The translations under genes and the position numbers were made by a program. 64,000 nt of DNA from Mytilus californianus (taxonomy: Eukaryota), in the NCBI RefSeq assembly GCF_021869535.1, contig NW_026262582.1:5332001-5396000 (forward strand), written 5' to 3'. Of this stretch, positions 12,110 through 23,955 are shown piece by piece. Within the stretch, counting starts at the first letter, position 1; every line of letters starts with the position of its first letter. A model generated the notes under the pieces. That model was not told where the DNA came from. It was given only the letters and a program-made list of their open reading frames with translations, and did not search any database.

Positions 12110-14540
12110 TAAAATAGCTTGTTATCTCATTGTCTTGTACCTCACGTTTCCGTTTATAGAAATATTGTTAGGGGTTTTGATAGGTTGATATCTTAACGAT
12201 TAATACCCTACCTTTCTATTAATAGTCATATTAGTTGGAGGTTAATATAGGTTGCTCACATTTCCATTGATAGACATATTTGTTGTATGTTTTGATAGTT
12301 TACTGTCTCGTATATGTGTCAAAAAGTTATATCCCACTATTCAAGTCATCGTCATGTTTGATGAAATTTGGATAGATTGCTGTCTTGTTGAAGTATACCC
12401 TACATTTCCATTCGTAGTCATTACTTGTAGGTTTTGTTGGATTGCTTTCTAATTTATTTATAAATCACATTTCCATTTATGATTGTATTTGTTGGATGTT
12501 AAGGTATGTTGCTGACTGCTTGACGCTTTCTCCACCTTTTCATTTATAGTCATATTTGCTTGAAGTTTAGACAGATTTCTGACTGATCGACATTTACCAC
12601 ACATTTTCATTCATAGTCATTTTTTGATGAAGTTTTGAAGAAGTTGTCATTTTACCCCTCATTCTTTTTCGTAGTCTAATTTGTTCGAGGATTTGATAGG
12701 CTGCCGTCTCATTGACTTATGTCTCATATTTCCATTCATAGTTATATTTGTTGGAAGTCTAGATAAGTTGCTGACTGCTCAACTTTTACCAAACATTTTC
12801 ATTCATAGTCATTTTGGATGAAGGTTTGAAGAATTCTCATTGAATCATGTCTCAAAATTCCATTCAAAGCTATATTTGTTGGACATTTCGTCATTTCGAT
12901 AGGTTTCCGCTTATTTTCATTCATGCTCATCTATGTTGGATGTTTTGATAGGTTGCTGTCTCATTGACCTATATTTTTCATTGACCTACTCTTATATCCC
13001 ACATTTCCATTCATAGATATATGTGTTTGGGTTTGTGATATGTTGCTGTATCAATTACTTATATCTCACTTTTTCATTCATTGAAATATTTGTTAGGTTT
13101 TCGATAGGTTGTTCTCTCATCGATCATTGCACCTTAAATTTCCATTCATCATTATGTTTGTTTGATTTTTTGATCGGATTCTGTCTACTTGAATAGTATC
13201 TTTTACTACTTGGGATAAGTTCGCATTCAGAAATGATTGTTCAAGTTGTCCATTAATACATATGAATGTATATTTTGTTAAATCTAAATGTTCTTGGTCT
13301 TTTATAACTGGTTGCTTCCGTTTGATCTAGATATGCGTAGATAAAGTGTTTGCGCATTAATTTCATGAGTGTATGACGTAGAAATCAGGACTTTCATTCG
13401 ACATGAATTATGGTTTATTAAATATGAAAATTTCTTTGATGATAACTAAAGAAAGAGATTCTTGCATAGTTATTCGTGGATATAGGCAACTAAGTTTTGA
13501 TATTGTATTTATTTTGTGTCATAGATCAGACTTATTCGTTCAGTGTGCGTCTGTTTTTTTATGTTTATATGTCTTTTTGATCGAGTTAAGCCATTTCAAT
13601 TGATATTTTATAGTGTGTCTTTTTATGTTGTAATGTTACACTACTGTCTCAGGTTATGGTGAAGTTTAGCGCCTGTCTAAATGTTTAAACTCGCTGTATG
13701 TTTATGCACATGTCCTAAGTCAGGAGCCTGTTGTTCAGTGGTTGTCGTTTGTTGGTGTAGTTCATAATTGTTTCTCGTTTCTCGTTTTTTATATAGATTA
13801 GACGGTTTGTTTTCCTGTTTGAATTGTTTTACACTAGTTATTTTCGGGCCCTTTATAGCTTGCTGGTCGGTGAGAGCTAAGGCTCCGTGTTGAAGGCCGT
13901 ACTTTGACCTCTCATTGTTAACTGTTTTTACATTGTGATTTGGATGGAGAGTTGTCTCATTGGCACTCATACCACTTCTTCTTGTCTATAATTATTGGAT
14001 TTATCGATTCTCGACAGTTAAATTATCGAAATCTAACAATATCGATGGGATAAATCCTATAATCCTATGATACTTATTTAAGAACCTATATTTCTATTCA
14101 TAGTTATATTGATTGGAAGTTTAAATGGTTAGCTGTTTAATAATTGTATATCCTCATTTTCATTCAGTCATATTAATGGTAGATTTTGACAGGCTGCTGT
14201 TTCATTTACGTGCAACCGGACATTTCCATTCGTAGACATATTTGTTGGGGTTTGTGATAGTTTGCATTCTATTTGATTTGTACATCACATTTTTCATTAA
14301 TAGAAATAGTTTTAGGGTTTTGGGTTGCTGTCTCATAGACTTATTCTCCATATTCCCATTCATCGATATATTTATTGGAGGTTTTGCACGATAGTTTGCT
14401 GTCTCAATGACTAATATCCCACACTTGCATTCAGTCAAATTTGTTTAAGTTTTTAATAGTTTAAAGTGAAACTGACGTATTCTCCTCATTTTTACTTAGT
14501 CATTATGTTGAATATTTTTGTAGGTTGCTGTCACATTGAC
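12110..14540. repeat. Degenerate satellite of about 67 bp (two blocks, about 12110-13200 and 14090-14540)
   Basis: Recurring TCATTGACTTATATCCCACATTTCCATTCATAGTCATATTTGTTGGATGTTTTGATAGGTTGCTGTC; interrupted by the 13490-13990 repeat. Confidence 0.8.
13490..13990 (-). mobile_element. Older copy of the same repeat superfamily (GATGTGGTATGATTGCCAATGAGACAAC type); others at about 25790-26190(-), 32045-32215(+), 34910-35515(+), 38195-38340(+), 38815-38890(+), 44395-44565(+), 46130-46255(+), 54440-54805(-), 62290-62480(-)
   Basis: Shared blocks GTTGTCTCATTGGCA(C/A)TCATACCACATC, TTGAAGGCCGTAC, TTTATAGCT(T/G). Confidence 0.75.
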
Positions 14541-14549
14541 CTTTACTCT

Positions 14550-15004
14550 ACCATAAATTTTCATGAACGTTGTTTTTGGAGATACCAATGACAAATGGTA
14601 GAGTTTATACTGGTCACTTGAAAACATACATCACAGATGACTTTTTTGACACCAGTTTTCGCGTACTTAGCGATAATCTAGAGGACATAATTGTGTGAAA
14701 AATGGCTGGGTCTCCTTTGTTTTCATAATCAAGGGAATATTCAGGCCATTAAGGACTACTCCTGTTTCTAGTTGATACACTTTAAACAAAGGATTAATAT
14801 TAATGATATCAAAATTACTGCCTTTTAAATCAAGTCCTTCTGCTTTACTTCCGCTATATATTGCTTGTTATTTATCGATGTGTCTGATTTCTAGAATATA
14901 AGAATTCACTCTCCTAATTCCACCTCCTCCTCAGATCAAATTTTCGGACATAGATATAAGTAAAAATTTAACGATTCCCCTTTTTCTGTAGATTTTCTTA
15001 CCAT
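14550..15004 (-). pseudogene. cGAS-like/Mab-21 (cGLR) nucleotidyltransferase pseudogene, copy B (N-terminal part only)
   Basis: Minus-strand reading MVRKSTEKGESLNFYLYLCPKI*SEEEV...SGSKAEGLDLKGSNFDIININPLFKVY...PLIMKTKETQPFFTQL...FSSDQYKL...KIYG. The GSKAEGLDLxGSDxD motif is the Mab-21/cGAS NTase signature. There are several stops and a frameshift, and it is truncated at the adjacent satellite. Confidence 0.85.
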
Positions 15005-15289
15005 TTCAGTTTAAATCATAAATTCTGATTAATCATTTATAAAAGTAACAACAACTTCATGTTTTACAATGCAATAACAAAATAATGATAGTGAAATGCA
15101 GTTGTTTTTACATGATTTATATACTCATTGATCACTTGGCAGTATAGTCAAAATAGCCATGCAGAAATGGTTATCATTCAAAATAATTTGATTGTCAGGA
15201 TATCCTGTATAGGGCTGCCTTGAATTTAAGGCTTCTCAGATAAAATTTGATATGGATTGATCATGAATGGAGTATAGACGTAGTTGAGT

Positions 15290-15810
15290 GACAGATTACA
15301 AAATGCAGTTTACAAAACACAAAATAGAAAAACTAAAGAATAAGCAACACAAAGCCCAACAAAAAAATGGGGGTAATCTCAGGTTCTCCGGACTGGTAAG
15401 TCGGTTCTGCTTTCTATTCGGTACCCTTCGTTTTGTTCGTGTTAGTTCGAATTTAGAACTGAGTCTAATTCGGGGGTGTCACATTCGTTGAAAAGAGGAC
15501 ATAAATGTGGCTACGACCATTTTAACATATCAGTCGTCATCTGCAAATTAGTTTTTTCATAACTGTCAACCAACTCGTGATGGGGTCCGTAAAATTTTCG
15601 GTGGAATTATTTCAACTATTCTACTTCGAATCCTTGCTTTAATATCTGCCTTCTTGTAAGCAAGAAGCCACTTTCACGTAAATCATGATAATTAATAAAA
15701 ACAAAGAAATAGAATATCGTATAGACTAAGTGCTTTATACTCCTTTCTGCTAGAATGTTGCTACATAGAAATGAAAGTTGTCGTAAAGTAATGTTCCAAA
15801 CCAATCTTCA
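15290..15810 (-). mobile_element. Degenerate Penelope-like 3' fragment upstream of cGLR-B
   Basis: Aligns to 61197-61690 and 56079-56500. Confidence 0.75.
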
Positions 15811-15837
15811 ATAATGTACACATAATAAATGACTGAA

Positions 15838-15871
<34 letters not shown>

Positions 15872-16420
15872 TTATATAGTCTTGTATTTTCTTTCTGGAG
15901 GAAGTTGATAACTGTAAGTGTTTATAACAATAATGGAAATTTTCAGTAGATGAAACAAAAAATATGGGATTTTCTATTTTTATTTTGTAGTGTAAGGAAA
16001 GCAATCAAGAACAGGGAAACAGTTACTAAGGAAATTAAAGATTTGTTGTTTTTAATTTCCTCCATTTACTTTCTAATGAATATCTCCATTTCCTTGAAAT
16101 GACATTGCTACTTGATATGAAGTGATAATTTAATACTAAAATTTTCACTAGCATTTCTTTTTACTCTTCATTATCAAACTTTTTGAATTTACACACTTGG
16201 ACATTGATATTACATACTATATGAGCTCAATAAATACATTTTCAATTTCTGTTATATCAGCTTTTATTTTTTTTAATATAAAGTAGAGTAACACTTTACT
16301 GATGATATTTTTCGTTAGAACACTTGTTTATGTTTGAATATTTAAAAAAGAAGCGGAAGATACCAAGGGGACATTTAAAACTCACAAGTAAAGGAAAACT
16401 TACTATGCTAAATAAAAACA
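15810..16420 (-). promoter_or_regulatory. Paralogous upstream/promoter block of cGLR copy B
   Basis: Aligns with 1380-2300 and 62730-63330; TATATAAA at 15878-15871. The first-exon donor is missing because the block abuts the Penelope fragment. Confidence 0.55.
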
Positions 16421-16514
16421 GCAAGTAAAGCATTAATGTTAATATTTTTCTACTGTTAATGAGGAAAAAATACTAGAATCCCTCAATGGCTCTTTTTCCT
16501 TCTTCCCCAAGTAC

Positions 16515-17460
16515 TGAGTGACATTGTGAATTCTTTGTATATAACATTGTGGTATTGACATAGCTAATTATGTACATGTTACACTGTGTGGGAGATCAAG
16601 TTGATTTCTCTTACGGTACACTATATGGGTGACGTAGTGAATTCTTGTCTGCTTTACTGTTTTGGTGACATATTTAATTTTTCGTATCTTTCACTGTGTG
16701 TGTGACATAGTTAAGTCTTGTATGCTTTTAGTTTTAGAGACATACTTAACTCTTGTTTGTTACACTGTGTGAGGAACAAAATGCATTTTTTAAAAGTTAG
16801 ATTGTATATTTGACAGGGTAAACAAGATGGGTGCCACGTGTGGAGCAGGATATGCTTACCCTCTCTAAGCACCAAAGATCACCTATTGAGGTAGGTATAG
16901 TCGTTTGGAATACGATCATATTTACATCACTTTGTAAACATAACAATTCTTTTTTAGTTTTGTTATGTATCAGATACTTGTCGCGTTTGGTGAATAAGCA
17001 ATGAACTATATACGGTTCTGTCAAAACACTCTTTAATTTAAAAAAAAAAGAAGCGGGAGATGTCAAGGGGACATTCAAAATCCAAAAGTACTATGCCATG
17101 GTAAAAAAAACCCAAGTAAAGCATACATGTTATTATTTTTTCTGCTGTTAATGAGGACAAAATACTCTCAATTGCTCTTTTTCCTTCTTCCCCCAAGGGG
17201 TCTGAGTGACATTGTTAATTGTTTGTATATTACATTGTGTGATTGACATAGCTAATTATGTACATGTTACACTGTGTGAGTGACATAATTAGTTCCTGTT
17301 TGCCTTACTTTTTAAGTGAAATATTTAATTCTTGTTTGCTTTACTGTTTTAGTGACATAGTTAATTTTTCGTATGTTACACTGTATGTGTGACATAGTTA
17401 ATTTTTGTATGCTTTACTGCTTTGGTAACACACTTTACTCTTGTATGTTACACTGTGTGA
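16515..17460. repeat. Degenerate repeat of about 35 bp (GTGACATAGTTAATTCTTGTATGTTACACTGT) inside a local duplication (16340-16775 vs 17040-17470); paralog at 2340-2650
   Basis: Visible reiteration, and the two blocks are collinear. Confidence 0.7.
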
Positions 17461-18867
17461 GGGACAAAATGCATTGGTGCCACGTGTGGAGCAGGATATG
17501 CTTACCCTTTCTGAGCACTAAAGATCATCCTTGGGTTCGTGTTGCTGTTTTCTATGTTGAATTTTGTAGACTGTTGTTTATATTTTCGTCGATATTCTTT
17601 TTTTTTTGCCAAGGCTTTGCCATGCAGTTTGACATGTGAGCCCTGATGGCCCTTTGGTTATCTTCCACCTCTCTTTTGATTGTATGTGTTTTAAACTGTT
17701 TGAACATTACACCTCTGCATCGTGTTGGCCTAAGAATGTAATATTGAGTATGTTGGAATATTTGATGTCTACACCAACAATAACCTGGATACTCCTACTG
17801 AAAAAGCATGGCATTTTCTACATTTATCTTCAAAATAATCTAGAATCATTAAGTAGTATGTGAGTCATACTATTAGATATAGATTGTTTTTAACCGGTGT
17901 AAAGAAAAACTGATAATTTCTTTTTCTCATTGATTTTAGTGGTTTATTTCCTTGTTTAAAACAGCTTTTTCAATATGTGACAAGCTAACTGTGATAACGC
18001 AGTCAATTTAATACCCTCGAGTCTAAACTCAAGTACGTTAAAGATAACACCAGCTCAAATATGATATCCTCCGATCAAATCTTGCTTGTGTCACAAAGTC
18101 GTGGTTCTTGATTTTCCCAATGCCTGAGCAGGATGGTATAGACGTTCGGAATACGATCATATGTAAATGACTTTGTTAAAATAACAATTTAATTTTAAGT
18201 TTTGTTATGTAGCTGATACTTGTCGTGTTTGGTGAACTAAATAAACTATATACAGTTCTGTCAAAACAATCTTGAATTTTAAACAATGTTTTAGAAAACT
18301 TCAGCTAATTTGATGGACAGTCTTCAATTTATTTTCTAATTAGTGGCGCTCAAAAAACTAAACATTTCAAATTGGAAAAACATAGATCACCCAAAGCAAT
18401 GAACACAAAATAATTGGCAGTCATGCAATATGCTGCAAGCTTGACAAGGAATGACATTGATATCAACCTTTGTTTTCGATAAAACCAAAAACATGTATTT
18501 CTGTAAAAACCACCATTATACAAATAAGGAAAATGGTATTATTTTAATTAAGACAACTAACCACCAGAGTTCAAATCAACTGGATATGCGCAATCATATG
18601 TCACAATACGACACTCAAAAATTAGAAAAAAACATACAACGTATAATCGGCAATAGAAGGCCCCGACATGTAAATGTAACAATTCAAACGAGAAAACCAA
18701 GGTTTTAAAAGTTAACAAAACAATTAAAGAAAAACAAATATGGCAGACATCAACCGACGACAACAAATGAATTACATGCTTCTGACTTGGGAAATATACA
18801 TTTTTGTGAGCGCTAAACCGCTCCTAGCCCAGAAAAGGGGCGCAAGAACCATCTTTTATAATCAGAT

Positions 18868-19095
18868 GCATGTTCCACATGTGGAGTAGGATCTGCTTAC
18901 TCTTCCGGAGCACCTGAGATCACCCCCAGTTTTTGGTGGGGTTCGTGTTGCTTAGTCTTTAGTTTTCTATTTAGTGTCATCTGTACTATTATTTGTCTGT
19001 TTGTCTTTTTATTTTTGGCCATGGCGTTGTCAGTTTGTTTTCGATCAATGAGTTTGACTGTCCCTCTGGTATCTTTCGTCTCTCTTTTGCAATCG
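18868..19095 (+). mobile_element. Penelope-like 3'-terminal repeat (solo); related copies at about 2665-2905(+), 17476-17685(+), 41225-41395(-)
   Basis: CCACATGTGGAGTAGGATCTGCTTACTCTTCCGGAGCACCTGAGATCACCCCC...GAGTTTGACTGTCCCTCTGGTATCTTTCGTC; its 5' part is continuous with the RT fragments. Confidence 0.7.
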
Positions 19096-19369
19096 ATTTT
19101 ACCCAAAAGAAAGGAACAAAAAACAAAAGAAACAAAGCTCCGATATAAGAGTAATCGCAAGTTTTGAAAGCTAGTTTTAAAACCAATTTAAAAACTTATG
19201 AATAAATGACCTTCCCCAAGACTAAACATCACTCAAGAGCAGAGGAATTGGAAAATGATATGTATCATATTCGGGAGGATAGAAATAAACAAGGATCTTA
19301 ACAGTTTTTATTTGTTACCTTGATTTTGTAATCGATTTATGAGATTTCAACATCCGCTTAAAATTTTGT

Positions 19370-19413
19370 ACGCCAGACGCGCGTTTCGTCTACAAAAGAC
19401 TCACCAGTGACGC
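19370..19413 (-). ncRNA. Type I hammerhead ribozyme motif, family 1 (A6-to-G core variant)
   Basis: GCGUCA CUGGUGA GUC UUUUGUA GAC GAAA CGCGCGUC UGGCGU: stems I and II intact, palindromic stem III ACGCGCGU, GUC cleavage triplet; core CUGAUGA changed to CUGGUGA. Confidence 0.8.
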
Positions 19414-21696
19414 TCGAATAACAAAAATAGAAAAAGTCAGAAAAAGTAGCCTTAAACTTTGCACCGAATGACTTCTCTAAATAATTTAAAGTTAATTCAG
19501 TAGTATCCGATAGACAATATCTAGCTATCCGTCCATCAAAATGTGGGTTTATACATTTGTATATAAACACCCAAAATAAGTCATAGCGGGTTTGAGCTAT
19601 CTTTAGCAAATATAACTTGGTTTTCTGTTTTTCCATTATTATCAAAGTTAATTAAGATTGAATTACCTTTTGTAAATAACACGAGCTTGAAATAGAATCA
19701 GGAAAAACTGTATCTTCCTCTATTCATACTCTGTTAATGAAGTTAAAAAGCATAGAGGTACAAATATCTATTTTTTTTTTTATTTCGACAGATACATGTA
19801 GTATTCCAAGTTGTAGACTATTTTCAGACACATATGCAGCTATCCTCATTTTTTTTAAATTTGAGGTTATATCTTATTGTAGACGGCTTTACATCATTTT
19901 TCGTTTTTGTTCTCATCGCGATCCGCATTTCCACATTTCAGAACTGTTCGATTGAGAATTAAAAACTAATTTCAAAACAATGCTCTTACTTTGTCTAATA
20001 TGTTAATTCGTTTGTTCTCATTGTACTACCCCCCCCCCCCCCTTTCCCAAAAAAAAAATGTGTACAACCTCTATATTTTCTGCAGAAATAAAAGAAAGTC
20101 AGAAAAGCAGACCATTTGTATTCCGACTTCTTTATTTATAGTTTGTATACAACCACATCTAATCTAGAAAGTTGTCAGGCAGAATAAGCAATTGCAACCT
20201 GTCTGTGGGAAGATTATCTATTTTTGGGTGTCAGCATTCAACCATGAAAGGCAACCTTTAAATTGTTAGTTTGCACGTTTGTAATTTCTTTTAAAAAAAA
20301 TAAAATTTCTCAATAGCGCGGCACTTTTTATATTATTTGTTTCTTAACCCACAGTCCAAAAGTAGTCGAATTTATTTCTGTCCATATGATCTTTTTCATT
20401 GGTATAAGCTTCTAAAAATATATCCAATCGATACATAATTTCCTTTTCGTGTCAAGCATGAAATGTTGTCGTTCATTCTAGTATTCCCACGTGCTTTGAT
20501 TTATTCTTAATATAAAATGTATTTAGATGGTACATTCGGTATTAAGTCTCGCTACGCGGAAGTAGTCTTCACTGAACTAGTATACTTATTTGTTTAGGGG
20601 CCAGCTGAACGACGCCTCCGGGTGCGGGAGTTTCTCGCTGCATTGAAGACCCATTGGTGGCCTTCAGCTGTTGTCTGCTCTATGGTCGGGTTGTTGTCTC
20701 TTTGACACATTCCCCATTTCCATTCTCAATTTTATTTTCATCACGTTTATTGTTTTCTCTATCAATACTTGATGACTAATGAGGTAAACATAGCAATTTT
20801 CACATGTTCGCTTTGCATACAAGTTACTGGCTCCTTATCCATAGTATACATGTGATATATATAATTTATATGAAATTAAATCGTCACAAATGAATCAATA
20901 TTTAATACAACGTTTTCCATAGTTCATTAAGGAAAGACAACATCTATTTTATTACGAAAAAAGGGCTGAGAGATATTCAATAAACTCATTATTCAGTTGA
21001 CTTTGAAAAGCTTTGACTCAATCTGATCAAAATACAGATCCTCTGTCCAATATTTGCTTACAAGGAGCTGACAACACTCCGCTTTAATTCCTGTTCTGGT
21101 AATCATTACATCAGCCAATGAAATTTCAACATTCAAATTTTTTAAGATGTGTTTCAATCCGACAAAACCAGGGGATCCCGAAAAATCTTTGAAACAGAAA
21201 TAGAACGGAGTGTTTTCAAAGCCTTGTAAGCAAAGCTTGGACACATGATTTGTATTTTGATAAGTTTGGCCTTGACTGTTTTTTTTTCTTTTTTATGATT
21301 ACTTACCCATCATGTTACAAATTCCGACTTTCTAAATGTAATTAAAAGGAGATTTGGGGTATGCCCAGACGATACAGCAACCCAACAACGCATACATCAA
21401 AGATCAGTCGACGGTCTTCAATGAAATACAGACGTCTAAACAATACGCAAAGCTCTTAATCGTTAAGAGTGTATTATCTATTGTCTAGTTGTGAAATAAA
21501 TTTAACAAACATTTAAAGATATACCGTCGAAATCAATTTGGGAAAACACACATTTTGATATGACACATCACAATCACAAACGAGGTTGTTGACTCTGGAC
21601 GGGCACATTGTTATGTGGCGGTTTTTATACAAGTACCATTTCATATTTCGTATTCAACTTCGTATATTATTTGGCCTTTTTAATTTGTTCGATTCG

Positions 21697-21740
21697 GGCG
21701 TCACTAATGAGTATTTGTAGACGAAATGCGCGTCTCCTGT
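21697..21740 (+). ncRNA. Degenerate hammerhead motif, family 1
   Basis: GCGTCA CTAATGA GT ATTTGTA GAC GAAA TGCGCGTC; core G5 mutated. Confidence 0.7.
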
Positions 21741-22784
21741 AAAAAAATTTAATCCTTGTAGGTTTGGTGAGTTTCTTTCCAGAGAGTTCCATCTTAATAT
21801 TAGTCAAAAATACTAATTGAAGGCGGCAACCACAATAATTACCTTAATTAATTTGTTTTAGGGACACAAGATAATAGTTTGTTCGCTCTGATGGACAATT
21901 AAGCCTTAATTTCAAATAGAGTATTATATAATTCTCATGTGTAACAAATTATCTGATTAGTAATGAATACATGACTTATCCATCAACTTTTATATTTTTT
22001 CTTATCGATGTTGTTTGACCCGAACAAAGGATGGGGTAAATAAATTGATTAAAATCTTCGTTTTCAACGATTTTGTTATTGTTAAAAATAATATGTAATG
22101 AATAATTCAAGATTATTTGCATTCATCACGAGTTCAGTAAACAATGGGTTCATTTTTTTCGATATATGGAAGTGTAATTAATGTGTTCGAAAATCGTTGT
22201 AACTTACTAGAAATCTTCGACTAAGTAAAACATCTTTGATTTTTAAAAAAAATACCTTTTTACCTTACCAGCGATATGGTGATCATTATTTTTTTTAATA
22301 TTTATCATTTCTTCTTATACTCAACTATGTTCAAGACTTTCGTATAAATTGAATTCATCAATGAGACTTCGTATTCTGTACATTCATGAAGTCAATATAG
22401 AGTAAACCCGTGTGTTGGTGCTCGTACATCAACCTATATACTCAAGTTGAAAACGAATTACTATATTGTATAGTTCGTCATTATTCTTAATGACTAGTAC
22501 ATTAATCTGATCTGAAAAGATCATTTTGATATGAATAGCCTTTAAAAGACTGAACAATTAATTCTTAAATTCAATTTCAGTTTTTCAGTAATGTTCAGAC
22601 AATTCGCTTGCAGTCAATTAAGATCTGTTCAGTCTATTTTCAGATTATTCAGTAGTTGGTATTAACCTGTACACAACCAAATCACGATGAATTGTTTGAT
22701 AAGCTACAAAACAATACTGAATTGACCGTTGGTAGGAAAACAGAAACTCCTAGTGAATTAAGATTGGAGTCGAGCGCACCTGCC

Positions 22785-23100
22785 ACGTTACGACAATTGT
22801 CTTGTTTAGTCTTTAGTTTCCTATGTTGTGTCACCTGTACTGTTATTTGTCTTTATTTTTGGCCATGGCGTTGTCAGTTTGTTTTCGATCTATGAGTTTG
22901 ACTGTCCCTCTAGTATCTTTCGTCCCTCTTTTGAAACATATTCGGGGTAATCTGTGACACAGGTGTTCCATCTTGGTCAACCGACTCGTAATAGCGTCCG
23001 TAAATCTTTCAAAGGAATGACTTCAACTTGCCCACTTGAAACACTACGTTCAATAGCTTGTATGCAGCAACCCACTTTAAAAAAATCATAGTAGGAAACT
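22785..23100. mobile_element. Penelope-like 3'-terminal repeat (+, 22785-22933) abutting an inverted RT-thumb fragment (-, 22935-23100)
   Basis: TATGAGTTTGACTGTCCCTCTAGTATCTTTCGTCCCTCTTTT terminus followed by ggtcaaccgactcgtaatagcgtccgtaaatc. Confidence 0.6.
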
Positions 23101-23780
23101 GTGTATTATTGTTACTACTGATTTATACAATTATATGTTAATATTTGATCCAGATTTGTCGTCGTTATAATTGTTTATAGTGTTCCGAAGGTATTTTTGT
23201 TCGCTTAAATTGTTTGTATTGCTCAATAATAATAACTAAATATCCTTTAATAAACGAAAATAAATAAACATAATATATGTATTGAATGAAGTAGAAAAGA
23301 TATGTCAGATATAACTGATATTTGTATTATCGTGTGTTCTTTTCCGGCAACAAATGACATGTTTCTCCAACAAAAATGTAGTTTTCATAATACAAATTGT
23401 ATCTTTTATCAATTATTATAGAGATAAAATTCCAGTAATCTACCGGTCATATAAAGTTACTGTAATTGCCGTATTCGTTGAGTTACATCATCGACCGATT
23501 AGGGTTAATACTGGCAAAATTTATGTAATGCCTCGAATCATGTATTGAAAATTAAGTGTAATATATTTATAAGCTATGGATACATGTTTTTTCAATGCAT
23601 GCTGGTATGACCAGAAGGTAGGAACACATGTTTTTTTTGAAAAGGAAACAATAGGATGATCATAATTTTCGAAGTACGAATTGTTTCATAAAATGTTTAC
23701 TTAACATTTTGTCTGTACTTTGTCATGTTTGTAGTTTTAAAACTTACCATTTGATAAAATGTTAAAATTAGTTAGAAAAT

Positions 23781-23955
23781 CGTAAAGTTCATCTCTTGGA
23801 TGAGTTATTTTGCATATCAACGTCAACTTCCCCTCTTTTATGAACTATTTAAAAAATCAACATTAAGTTCATCTCTTGAATTATTTTTTTTGCAATTCAA
23901 CGTAAAGTTTATCTCTTGAATGATTTATTTAGAAAATCAACGTAAAGTTCCCCTA
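23781..23955. repeat. 40-bp tandem repeat, about 4.5 copies
   Basis: CGTAAAGTTCATCTCTTGAATGATTTATTTAGAAAATCAA with 40-nt period. Confidence 0.85.

Noticed and set aside
17700-18350. Possible ancient coding relic shared with 2900-3750
   Set aside because: Composition is slightly coding-like, but all frames have stops and no family motif was recognised.
13677-19160. ORFs 13677-13970, 18451-18708 and 18897-19160
   Set aside because: They fall entirely within high-copy non-coding repeats that often yield spurious ORFs.
20590-20670. GGGGCCA... as an HDV-like ribozyme or tRNA head
   Set aside because: The required P1/P2/P3/P1.1 order and tRNA A/B boxes could not be built; kept only as an unspecified structure.
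20993-21244. 83-aa ORF that looks protein-like
   Set aside because: It coincides with the inverted repeat, with no recognisable domain and no supporting splice partners.
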